Shown piece after piece: positions 1-11,196 of a stretch of 64,000 nt of DNA; positions within the stretch are counted from its first letter, which is position 1, and every line of letters starts with the position of its first letter. The stretch comes from Protoeuglena noctilucae. Taxonomy: Eukaryota. A program made the translations under genes and the position numbers. The notes under the pieces are model-generated. The model was not told where the DNA came from. It was given only the letters and a program-made list of their open reading frames with translations, and did no database searches. The stretch lies in the NCBI GenBank assembly GCA_958009085.1, contig OY253679.1, positions 372,001 to 436,000 on the forward strand, given 5' to 3'.

Positions 1-544
1 GGTTCGCCCCCCTGTGCCCGGCGCTCTTGGCTGGTTATGATGACCCCGAAGCCGTGCTCAGTGTTCACGAGGGGTGTGCGCACCCTCGTGCCGCGGTTGA
101 CCCACGCTCTGACCCTGCCGGTGTCAGACGTGTTCGGGCTGAACCATGACGCCTTGAGTCTTGGGGGGGGGATCAACGCTCTCCCCCTGTCTCCGCAGAT
201 GCACGAGGCGCTGTGGCTGACGCTGGCCGACGCGCGTGCCACCGCATCGCACTGCTACTGGCTCGACCTCACCACGTGCCCCCTCCTCCGCAGGGACGGC
301 GAGCAGTGCTCCCACGACGACACGGTCGCCCACGCCTTCTGGGCCTGTGACAGGGCCCAGGAGGTGTGGGAGACGGACAAGGCGGCCGCGCGGGTTCCGG
401 CCCTCTCGGCGCGGGCGGTGTTCCACCTGGTCCCCCCTCCCTCCAGCCGTTTCGCGTCGACGGGTAGCGCCAGTCCTCCCGAAGCTCTTGGCGGCGCCTC
501 CAGATGAGCTTGAAAGCCGCGCCCACGATGACCGCCCACGAGTA
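1..544. mobile_element. Scrambled fragments of the L1/Tx1-like non-LTR retrotransposon also present at 6640-8800
   Basis: 1-150 is the reverse complement of ~6640-6789; 172-453 is the reverse complement of ~7757-8038 (zf-RVT coding part CPLL...HAFWAC..AQEVW); 454-544 matches 7660-7750 in direct orientation with a few substitutions. Confidence 0.85.
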
Positions 545-3123
545 CTGCGAGATAATATTTATCAAGAGTTACTGACATATAGCACTTGTTGCACAAAGTT
601 CACGCTCAGCTGCCCGGTTATAAGTTTTTTTTAAAGCACACCGAATTTGACATGAAATTCACTTTAACTTACTGGGTTTACAGAGGGTTTACAGAAAGGA
701 ATTGTCAGGCGAGGGCACCATGTTACCCAGCTTATCATCATTTGCAACATATCCAGCAAAGAGCTGAAGATGAGAGGCGCCGCAGATAGGATGGGCTTGG
801 ACAGCACAACACAAGCCACTGTAGCCTGGACTTCAGGCTAGTTGGCGTCGGTGAGCTTGTACAAGTACTTGCGCAGGTCCCGTGTGTTTTTGGAGCCCAG
901 GGGGAACGTGAAGCCCTTGCGGTCGAGGCTGTTGGGCCTGAGGAATGGCGTGCCGTCGTCCTTGGTCTCCATGTGCACGACCTTGGAGGGAGGGGGGGGG
1001 AGGGCGGGGATGGCGCCCTGAGGCTGGGCCTTGTTCGCGGCAGCCAGCCGCTGGACCTTGGCCATCTGGAGGGGGCTGAGGCGCGAAGAGGGGGAGAAGG
1101 CGTGCCCCTCGGGCGCGCCGTACGGGTGGATGGCGAGGCCCAGCACATGGTAGCCGTGCTCTTCCCACACCGCCTCGGCCACGCGCCTCGGGGTGACGGT
1201 GCCCCCGCAGCCACGCAGGCGCTGGGTAATGCACGCCTTGGCCTTCTGTAGCGATTGGAGAGGAGACAGGGCCGTTTGGCAAACTACATTGTGGGAGAGC
1301 GTGCTGGTACACATGATGCCCTGACGTTGCACTGCATCTCCATCCCACCCACTCACCCCTGCGTGCTCGCCATCGTCCTCCCTGCCGTCGAGGGTTGGCT
1401 TGAGTTGAGGGCATGCCAGGGCACGCGCGTGCACCTTGCCCTCGACGAGGTTGGCGATGCGAGCGCCGACACGCCCGCGCCAGAGCCCCAGGATCACTTG
1501 CAGCCCGCCCTGCCGCTTGAGAACAGTCTGGAGGGTAACGCCAGTTCCCAACGGTTCCCCGTCCTCAGACAGGAAGTACTTGTCGGCGAATGGCGTCAAG
1601 CCAATTTCGGTGAAGGCCGTCAGGGCTGACGCGACGCAGATGCTGAACTGCACGCTCTCGTATCCCTCGATGCTGTTGATGTCGTGAAGGTAGCTGATGA
1701 CGGCATCGGCCATCTCGTCAGCGAGGNNNNNNNNNNNNNNNNNNNNNNNNNNNNNNNNNNNNNNNNNNNNNNNNNNNNNNNNNNNNNNNNNNNNNNNNNN
1801 NNNNNNNNNNNNNNNNNNNNNNNNNNNNNNNNNNNNNNNNNNNNNNNNNNNNNNNNNNNNNNNNNNNNNNNNNNNNNNNNNNNNNNNNNNNNNNNNNNNN
1901 NNNNNNNNNNNNNNNNNNNNNNNNNNGACCGCCCACGAGTACTGCGAGATAATATTTATCAAGAGTTACTGACATATAGCACTTGTTGCACAAAGTTCAC
2001 GCTCAGCTGCCCGGTTATAAGTTTTTTTTAAAGCACACCGAATTTGACATGAAATTCACTTTAACTTACTGGGTTTACAGAGGGTTTACAGAAAGGAATT
2101 GTCAGGCGAGGGCACCATGTTACCCAGCTTATCATCATTTGCAACATATCCAGCAAAGAGCTGAAGATGAGAGGCGCCGCAGATAGGATGGGCTTGGACA
2201 GCACAACACAAGCCACTGTAGCCTGGACTTCAGGCTAGTTGGCGTCGGTGAGCTTGTACAAGTACTTGCGCAGGTCCCGTGTGTTTTTGGAGCCCAGGGG
2301 GAACGTGAAGCCCTTGCGGTCGAGGCTGTTGGGCCTGAGGAATGGCGTGCCGTCGTCCTTGGTCTCCATGTGCACGACCTTGGAGGGAGGGGGGGGGAGG
2401 GCGGGGATGGCGCCCTGAGGCTGGGCCTTGTTCGCGGCAGCCAGCCGCTGGACCTTGGCCATCTGGAGGGGGCTGAGGCGCGAAGAGGGGGAGAAGGCGT
2501 GCCCCTCGGGCGCGCCGTACGGGTGGATGGCGAGGCCCAGCACATGGTAGCCGTGCTCTTCCCACACCGCCTCGGCCACGCGCCTCGGGGTGACGGTGCC
2601 CCCGCAGCCACGCAGGCGCTGGGTAATGCACGCCTTGGCCTTCTGTAGCGATTGGAGAGGAGACAGGGCCGTTTGGCAAACTACATTGTGGGAGAGCGTG
2701 CTGGTACACATGATGCCCTGACGTTGCACTGCATCTCCATCCCACCCACTCACCCCTGCGTGCTCGCCATCGTCCTCCCTGCCGTCGAGGGTTGGCTTGA
2801 GTTGAGGGCATGCCAGGGCACGCGCGTGCACCTTGCCCTCGACGAGGTTGGCGATGCGAGCGCCGACACGCCCGCGCCAGAGCCCCAGGATCACTTGCAG
2901 CCCGCCCTGCCGCTTGAGAACAGTCTGGAGGGTAACGCCAGTTCCCAACGGTTCCCCGTCCTCAGACAGGAAGTACTTGTCGGCGAATGGCGTCAAGCCA
3001 ATTTCGGTGAAGGCCGTCAGGGCTGACGCGACGCAGATGCTGAACTGCACGCTCTCGTATCCCTCGATGCTGTTGATGTCGTGAAGGTAGCTGATGACGG
3101 CATCGGCCATCTCGTCAGCGAGG
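530..3123. repeat. 1197-bp direct duplication (530-1726 = 1927-3123) flanking a 200-N gap; probable assembly overlap
   Basis: Identical ORF translations at offset 1397; both copies abut the gap 1727-1926. Confidence 0.85.
1727..1926. other. Scaffold gap (200 N)
   Basis: Run of N. Confidence 1.
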
Positions 3124-5320
3124 CCCTGCTCCCATTGCTTCAGCTTGTCCTCCTGCAGTCAGCACACTGAAGCTTAGTAGCACTGCATTGGTCAATACTC
3201 AGCTACTGCATGGTTAGCCGGCCAGAATCATGTTCTTATATGGTTTGTGACTCTGCATGAGGCATGACGTGTCGAGCGGGGCAGAGGTGGTACCGGTGTC
3301 AGCTCAAACCCGCGTGCGCAGGGGGGTATCGTGACTGGCTCGACCAGGAAATAAAGCTTAACATTAAGACATCCGATTACTTTTGGACACCCGGCTTGTA
3401 TCTAAAACAGATGACGCAACAGCACATTACCTGAGGCCCACTCTCCCCAGGGCCAGCCTAGTAGCAGAGGCCAGAGTAGAACGTGTGCCATACCGCTCAC
3501 ATATCAAAGAACCACCATAAAACACTGCCATCTTTCAGTTGGGCTCACCTGGGCCTTGTCCAAGGGGGCCGTCAGCCGCGCACCGTACCACGACTTGTTC
3601 CTTCCCATATCCCCGCCTGCCGCACTCTCCCGTGCGTAGAAGTTCTCCATGCAAGTAGCAGAGAGCTCTGTCAGGAGATCCACCCCCGTCAGCGCGCCTT
3701 CGCCAACAGGACGAGTACACGTGTTTGCCTTGGGAATCAGGGTGCCGTTGCTGACGTGCTCCTTGAACTCGTCCACCGACAGACCTGCCAGCCAGTCCAC
3801 GTGGCCCCCGTGGATCCGCTCCGGCATGTTGAGGCTGGATTGCAGTGTCGGCGGCGGGACGTGGCTCTCCAGCTCACGTGCATGCAGCGCGATGAAGATC
3901 AGCCCAAGGTCCCGGGCAAACGCTCCGTCCTGCAAAATGACGTGGCGAGGCCTGCCACTGTCACTGGCCTTGTATCGCTCGTAGCAATCCCCTCAGCAAC
4001 ACCAAAATTGCAGCCTCCCCCCCACATGTTCTCCCCCTCAAAAGACAAGATCACGTAAAACCATGCAGCACGCTTGCATAGACTCGCCTCCTCAGATGCA
4101 TGGGAGCCCGTGCTGCACTTCTTGCTGGCCCACGACGCCTCCGACCTGAAGGAAATCGTCTGCTGCAACTGCCCTTCGCCCCCGAGCTTGACCGTCTTGA
4201 GCGAGAGGTCCACCCCCGCATATGGTGACGTCAGGTTCCCGCGTTTGGGGCACGCAGACAGGGCCACTCGGAGCTCGTCAATCCCTCGCGTCGCCCATCT
4301 CTCATCGCCCTTGAACGTTGCGTAGAACTGCGTCAAAACACGGGCAGCTGGATACTCTGCGTTCACCAAGCGGCAGTTCGTGCTCTTCTGTATGCCGAAA
4401 GACATGCATCGACGCACCTGCTCAGGGTAAGCGAGTTGCATCGTCCCCTCCTGTGACCCGCTGCCCAAGATGATGGTGGCGAGGTCAGCCATGACGGCTG
4501 CCCGCCTCTTGTCCTTGCTGCCCCCCACGAACTGGAGGCCGTGGAAAACGCGCCAGTAGCCGCTCTCGTAGACGATCTCGATGCTGTGCACCAAAAACGA
4601 AGGGCCTCCATTACAACACACCTCAACACACAAACAAGTTGTGCTTTAACGCCAAGTCGCGGTGCTGGCAGCCCCGGGGTCCACCTTCACATATTTGGTG
4701 CCGCGAAACAGAGAGCAGTAGCTAACCTGCTGCTGAGGGAGCCGACGCTGGACCCCACGACACTGTCAGCCGGGCAGGCGACGTCGGTGTCCTCCGGTGC
4801 CTGGAACGCGCTGAAATTGGGAGGGATGTCAATGGTCGATTGCAGGACCTCTTCCACGGCGTGGTCGACCATCTCCACCAGCTCCATGGCATCGGCTGAG
4901 CGAATGTTGACGTGGTTGCGTAACTTAATCCGCAGGGAGTTGTTCAGCCCGTCTTCCCTGCAAGTAATGACGCGCAATATACATGTCATGAATTGCCATT
5001 AGATCATAAAAAAACTCTGTGAAGTTTCTTAGCTAAGGCCATCTATTAGCTCGTCTCAAAGCGTGTCGAATGTTAATCGGAAACACTCAAGATGTTGACA
5101 CAGCCCTAGCGGGAATTGCGTCTAGCCCACTTACCACTCGTCAGCCCATTTCTCCTTGGCGGCCTTCGTTAAATCAGAAGGAAACGAGGCGTCGTTGATG
5201 ATGCCTTTCCAGTAAGTCTGTGGCTTGTTCTTCCCTCTGGTGTGTTTTGCCGCCAGCTCCTTTAAGATTTCGCAGTTGTCTTAAATAACGTGTGCGATTT
5301 TTCTTTTCTTCATGGCGCTC
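2235..5320 (-). pseudogene. Multi-exon orphan gene of unknown function with an in-frame TAA in an early exon
   Basis: Phase-compatible exons: ~5320-5135 (SAMKKRKIAHVI*DNCEILKEL...KWADEW|GTAAGT), 4957-4727 (EDGLNNSLRIKLRNHV...), ~4584-4088, ~3929-3549, ~3153-2235 (EDKLKQWEQGLADEMADAVISYL...KYLYKLTDAN*). Lower GC than neighbouring genes; no domain recognised; start uncertain. Confidence 0.5.
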
Positions 5321-6639
5321 TGCGAGAACAAAAACGCGTGCATTCCATCTGAATGCAACGCTGCCCGCCATCTCTCTGGTGGCATGTGCCAGGTACGTGC
5401 TGCCAGAGCGCACCAATCCATTATAGGCGCCAAGTCAAAAAAATGTAGCCCCCCTTGCCCAGCCAGCGGACCACATGCGAAGGGTACGCATGAGCAAGTC
5501 CGCGTGGGAAAAGTCCACCTCCCAACCGCCCGCCCTTCCGACCCGAGCCTCCTAGCGCGTGTCAATGGCACTTTGACGTGGCCAAGCCACCGCATTCCAC
5601 GCGCCAACCCAGCAATTTCACAGACGAGGCCCCAAACAATCCCGGACGAACCCGACAATATGGAGCCGCACTGAGCGGACCCCGAATACATTGGTAAAAA
5701 AACAGACATCGATATGCGCTCCGGCGGGTGCAGCGTCGACGAGGCGGGCGCAGCGGCACTTTGAAATAGCTTTGCGCGCGCAGGCGTCGGCGGGGGCCGC
5801 GCGACCACCCGACCGCGCATATGCGCACCTTCGTTTCGGGGAGCCGGTGTGCTGTTCTTGGACCGCGTGGGTGGCGCGCGACCGCGGGTTCGATGTCAGC
5901 TGGTGAGCGCAGGGCAGAGGAAACCACTTGGTGAAAACGACACAGCAACAATGACACGCATCAGTCACCATCCTGGGATCAGGAGTTCCCCTTGCGCACG
6001 CCCCGGACGGGTTTGTCTTACACGCCAGCGTCAGCCCGCGCTCGACGCCATGAGCGTCCAGGAGGCCGTCTTGAGGCATGCGGCGTTGCGTGCGCGTGGT
6101 TGTTAATCGCATTGAAGCAGAGGGTCGGTGATGTAGAGCATCGGGGGGCTGTGACGACGGCGGGGGGCGCGAACGTGCGGGGCGAGCGGATCAAAGCGAC
6201 CCCGCGGTTTTATGGGGCTGCGGAAGCGGCGCGGAGTCTGCGGACGAGATGGTCTGGTTGTCGGCGCGTGCGCTGGCTGGGGCAAGGCGCCACTCCGATG
6301 GAACGGCTGGCGCGGCGGGGCGCGGCAAGGACGGCCAGGCGTGGCAGCTGTGGGCGCTGCCCGGGGGGCTATCCGAGCGATGGCCGGCTGCGATGGTTTC
6401 AGACGTCAACAAAGATTCGAACGCGTGCAGGTTTCAGGGGTTCCGATGCCGTTGGGTGGCGCGCATTTCGCCCGCACTGCGCGCCCTCTGCGCGTCTCGA
6501 TGCTTGATGTGCAGCTTTGTTGCTGGCGCGACGTGGACTGCGATCAAATAAAAATGCGATGACGGTCCCCATGAAGCATTTCATCGTCAGCAGAGGCGTG
6601 GCGACATGCCCGCAGCGCCTGCTGTCAAGGGCCAATCGC

Positions 6640-8800
6640 GTAATGGTTCAGCCCGAACACGTCTGACACCGGCAAGGTCAGAGCGTGGGTCAACCGCGGC
6701 ACGAGGGTGCGCACACCCCTCGTGAACACTGAGCACGGCTTCGGGGTCATCATAACCAGCCAAGAGCGCCGGGCACAGGGGGGCGAACCCCCCCACTGGC
6801 CCCTTGGGAACCACACTCCCAGAGTGCGTGGGGGCTTTGCAAAGCGTCCCGAGGGCGGCAGCGTCGTTAGGCCACCTGAACGCGTGCGGTGAAGGCAGCG
6901 GCAGCCCCAAGGGACTGGGGGGACCGGATCTCGGGGACCTGGGTCCCCCGCTCTGTCCCACAAGGGGGCGCCAAAGCCGTACCAACACTCCGAACATGAC
7001 GTGAAACCCTCGGCCACCGCCCCCGACTCTGCTAGGCCCCCGCCCGCCGGCGCCCGCCCGAGGTTTCCTTGCGGGCACCCCGAGACGAGCGCCGACGGGC
7101 AGCCGGCTGTCCCGCGGGGCCGAACCCGGGCTTTAGAACCCTGGAGGGCCGGCGACCTTGAACTCCTGCACGTCCAGGAGATACCGCAATGTGAAGTGCT
7201 CACCACGTCCCGCGCATGCGGGAGCAGGCTACCCACACCATCACAGGAGTGCCATCTAGCAGACCCGGTGGGGCGCACTTTGCCGTGGCAGCCTATCACG
7301 CCCCCTGCCAGCAGAAGCTGCATAGCTGCGCCATGACAGAGCGATGCATGCACAGGGCGCCATGGGATACGCTGGCGAGCCCTCACCTGTTGCGGCCTCA
7401 CCTGGGACTTACCTGCGCGGCGGCTGCCACCGCCCCTGGGACACCCTCCCACGCGGACCTGCCATGCGGACCCTCACGGCAGATCACGCGGCAGCCGGGA
7501 AGCCTCCCCACTCGAACCTGCCGCCATCTGCGTGGGCGGGGACGAGCCGGTCCCCCCGCTCCCCCAGCAGAGCAGCAAGGCGCCCTGCCCCAGTGACAGC
7601 CAGAGTGTCTTGGACCTCGGCTGCCACGATGGTGCCAAGCTGGACATAGAGGCCTGCGGGCGCCGACGGGGAGCGCCAGTTCTCCCGAAGCTCTTGGCGG
7701 CGCCTCCAGATGAGCTTGAAAGCCGCGCCCACGATGACCGCCCACGAGTAATGCGTGAAACGGCTGGAGGGAGGGGGGACCAGGTGGAACACCGCCCGCG
7801 CCGAGAGGGCCGGAACCCGCGCGGCCGCCTTGTCCGTCTCCCACACCTCCTGGGCCCTGTCACAGGCCCAGAAGGCGTGGGCGACCGTGTCGTCGTGGGA
7901 GCACTGCTCGCCGTCCCTGCGGAGGAGGGGGCACGTGGTGAGGTCGAGCCAGTAGCAGTGCGATGCGGTGGCACGCGCGTCGGCCAGCGTCAGCCACAGC
8001 GCCTCGTGCATCTGCGGAGACAGGGGGAGAGCGTTGATGGTCTTGAGAGCGGCATGCATGCCCGCCGCCGTGACCCCGTCCGGCCCGTCCTGGGCCTCCC
8101 CGAGCGCCCCGGCCCGGGACCACTGCTCCACCTTGCGGGCGAGCCGCGAGGTGATGGTGGCCCGGTCGAAGGCCACCCCCACCGCATGTCCGACCGAGTA
8201 CTGCTTAAGCGGAATGGGGACGGGCACTTCAGTGGGGCGCCGATGAGGCTCGAGGACCCACTGCGTGGAGGGGGTGACAAGGGGCAGGTTGAGCTCCGCC
8301 CACCACGCGGGCTCGGGGGCCAGGCGGGGGTCGGAGTGCGCAGCGACCGGCGCAGCCTGGGGGCGGGAAGGACGGGGGAGGAGTTGAGAGTCCTGCTGCG
8401 CGCAGTAAGCCGCCAGCGTGTGCTCCGCCCTCGCCAGGTCTGCGGGGGAGGGGACCTGGCCTGCGGCAAGGGAGCGGAGGTGAGCAGGGAGGGAGCCGCA
8501 GGCCGCAGGGGAGAGAACCAGGCCCTGCCAAGGGTCCCACGCAACCAGGATACCCACGAGCTGCTCAGCCACGCCCTCAAGCACCACACGGCTGGCATTG
8601 GCACGGGGAGGCACAGGCGCGCCCACAACGCCCAGCCCCTCAAGCGCCTTGCAAACCTGGATTATTACCCTTTTGACGGGGTCCTTGGCCGACGTCGTGT
8701 CGCCCAAGCGAAGGTGCAGCAGCCGCTCCCAGCGCGTGCCCCACAGCCGCCCGCACCACGAAGCCTCCAGCACCTCCGAGGCCACGGCGCACACTAACGG
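6640..8800 (-). mobile_element. 5'-truncated non-LTR retrotransposon (L1/Tx1-like), ORF2 C-terminal part with zf-RVT plus long 3' region
   Basis: Intronless ORF 7484-8794 contains ALWLTL...CPLL...CSHDDTVAHAFWACDRAQEVW...FKLIWRRR, the zinc-binding zf-RVT pattern of L1/Tx1 ORF2; no RT core visible; second copies of parts at 1-544. Confidence 0.8.
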
Positions 8801-8968
8801 TTATATTTTGACATTGAGTGGGTCTCTGAGGGTGCTGGCGTAACTTTTGAGCACGCTGGGCGCCGGATTGGGGCCCAGCGCGGGCTCGCAGCAACGAATA
8901 TGGCCGGTGACAGTGGCCTAGTTTCATATACTTTCACGTCCTCTATCACTATCAGAGATCACCACCCG

Positions 8969-9042
8969 GCCGCCGTAGCTCAGTCGGCCAGAGCGCACGG
9001 CTCTTAACCGTGTGGTCGTGGGTTCGATCCCCACCGGCGGTG
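8969..9042 (+). tRNA. trnK-CUU: tRNA-Lys (anticodon CTT)
   Basis: GCCGCCG TA GCTC AGTCGGCCA GAGC G CACGG CT CTT AA CCGTG TGGTC GTGGG TTCGATC CCCAC CGGCGGT G: complete cloverleaf; TTTT at 9087-9090. Confidence 0.97.
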
Positions 9043-9132
9043 CTCACCTCCGAGCACACCCCGAGCTGTCACTCGCTCCCGGAACCTTTTGTCCCCGCCC
9101 CCTCTTTGCGGCGGCTTTGGGGAGGGCAAAAA

Positions 9133-9170
9133 GGACGCTGGCAGGATTCGAGCCCGCGACCTCCTGGTCA
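9133..9170 (-). pseudogene. Orphan 3' half of a tRNA-like gene followed by a T5 Pol III terminator
   Basis: Minus strand: ACCAGG AGGTC GCGGG CTCGAAT CCTGC CAGCGTC C TTTTT = anticodon-stem 3' strand, variable loop, T arm (C at 54), acceptor strand; no canonical D arm or anticodon upstream. Confidence 0.6.
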
Positions 9171-9707
9171 TGGAGGCGAAGCAGTGGCTGGGGAAGTCGC
9201 TCCTGCGTCCCCGGGGCACCTCCCCAGGGCTTTTGGCCGCTGTCCGTTTGCTCTTCTCATCATAGTCGACGCGCTGGCCCGCCCAGGGGGGGCGCGCCCC
9301 GCTCGATCGGGCAGGGGCTCGACACGTGCCGGCCGCGCGTTCCCAGCGCTGGGCCAGCCGGGGTGGCCTGGGGGCTGCCTGGCTGGCTGGTTGGCACTCC
9401 GTTCAGACGCGGAGAGGGGCAGGCAGTGGGGTTGAGGTCGTTGAGAGGCTGGCCCGCTACTGCGGCCTTCCCCAGGGCCCCAAGCCACACCGCTCAACTG
9501 AGGATCCCTACGTTGTCAGGCTTGAAGGCTTGCTGCCGGACAACCTCAGGCTTCACAACAACCAGTGTACGACTCAGAGTGGGGCGGAACGGAATCCCAT
9601 CGCGACAACATCGCTGGCGCAAAGGAGGGAGGGCTGGGTCACGGCGCCGCTCACTCACAGCAGTGGCTCGCTCACAGCCCATAGCTAGCACCACAGGCGC
9701 CGTCACG

Positions 9708-11196
9708 TCACTTCCTGCCGCCCGCACGCGAGGCGTCGGCCACGGTGGCCATGGTCTCGGCCCGCACGCGCCGCTCCGTGTACTGCTGCAGGATGGCCCC
9801 GATGTCGTTGGCCTGCCGGGGCGCGCCCCCGTCCGCGTCCGCCCCCGCCCCCATCCCCGCCTTCTCGGCCTTCTCCGCCACGTACCTCGCGATGCGCTCC
9901 TCGGGCGTGATGCTGGCCTCGATGGCCCGCAGACGCTCCTCCTCCACGTTCACCATGTTGAGGAAGTCCGTCACCGTCACCTCCGCGCTCTCCGTGACGC
10001 CCTGCCGCCGCAGGATCGCCTGCACTTCGCTCATCTTCTGCGGCGACACCCGGTCGCGCACCACCACCAGGACCTGGTACACCGGCAGCTTGCCCTCGGA
10101 CTTGAACGTCTTCTCCTCGAAGGCCCGCGAGATCTCGCGGCGCTCGTCCTCGTCGAGCACGCGGATGTCGCGCGGGGGCATGACGCTGGCCACCACGATG
10201 GCCAGGTCGCGCTTGCTCAGCTCCGGGTGCATGACGCGCACGATGTCAATGAAGTCGACGCTCTCCTTGCCCTCCCGGTCCAGCACGCGGTACAGGTCCG
10301 CGCTCAGGATCCGCGCCCGCTCCCGCAGCGCCCCGGACTCGGCCCCGGGCACGCGCGAGGCCACGTAACGCCGGAAGGCCTGCAGCGTCACCACGCCCTC
10401 CCCCGCTGCCCCCTGGATGTCGTTGAACACCTCCTGGAGGCTCAGGATCTCCGACTCTTTGACCAGGAACGGCGGGCCCGAGATCTTGATCCACCCGCCC
10501 TTGCGCTCCCCAACCTGGAGCGTGTGCACGTAGGCCAGCGAACCCTCGCGCGGGCCCCCGGGGGGCGCCGCCAGCGTGGACGTCCGGGGCAGCCCGCTGC
10601 CCGCGGGGGAGAGAGGCGAGGAGCCGGTCGCGTTCGCGGGCGGCGCGACGGGCGCGGGGCGCATCCGCCCTCCCCGGGAGGCGAGGTCGATGGACGTGGC
10701 GGCGCGGCTGCGGGGCTGCGTCGCGCCCGGCATCATCACGGGCGCCATGCGCGCCGCGCCGCCCTCCATCCCGGGACCCATCGGGGAGCGGCTCGAGGGC
10801 GCGTCGGGGCCTGCGCCGGGGAGGGGAAGGGGCCCGGTCAAATCAGGGCTGCGAGGTTGGGAGAGCGCGGCGGGGGTCATGCGTGTGCGCACGGAGAACA
10901 AGCCCTTAAAAAGGTCACCTGGAATTGCACCCGGTTTGCCTCCCCGCTTCGTTGGATCCGCGACAAACTCGGAAGCCCGGCGCTCCTGGGGGAAAGGGCG
11001 CAGCAGTTTCATGCTCTGTGCCCGCACACGCCCCGCCGGGTCCCCAGCGCGCCACCGCGGCCGCCCGGCGCCTCACCACAATCGTCTCGGTCAAATTGCG
11101 CTTCAGGTCGTCGAACCGGGCCCCCTTCTTCTCCGCGAGGCTCATCTCCATCGCCGCGAGTTTCTCCTCGAGCGAGAAGTCCTCATCCTTGCTCAT
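9708..11196 (-). CDS. EF-hand-like domain protein of unknown function (2 exons: 11196-11077, 11015-9708)
   Basis: MSKDEDFSLEEKLAAME... exon, 61-nt GT-AG intron in phase 0, long ORF with host codon usage; loop DREGKESVDFIDIV resembles an EF hand. Confidence 0.7.

Noticed and set aside
674..694. GGGTTTACAGA x2 as telomere-like repeat
   Set aside because: Only two interrupted units; not a TTTAGGG array.
530..3123. Tandem gene duplication of the orphan gene's 3' end
   Set aside because: Copies appear identical and both abut a fixed-size 200-N gap; most likely an unmerged contig overlap.
5281..5283. In-frame TAA as evidence for a TAR=Gln genetic code
   Set aside because: Conserved genes here terminate with TAA or TAG (RPL36A, TKL, TRM1, eIF2B-epsilon).
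9170..9620. Assignment as group I intron, tRNA-Sec, SECIS, U3, RNase P/MRP, SRP or telomerase RNA
   Set aside because: Only partial motif resemblances; required conserved boxes, pairings or template are missing.
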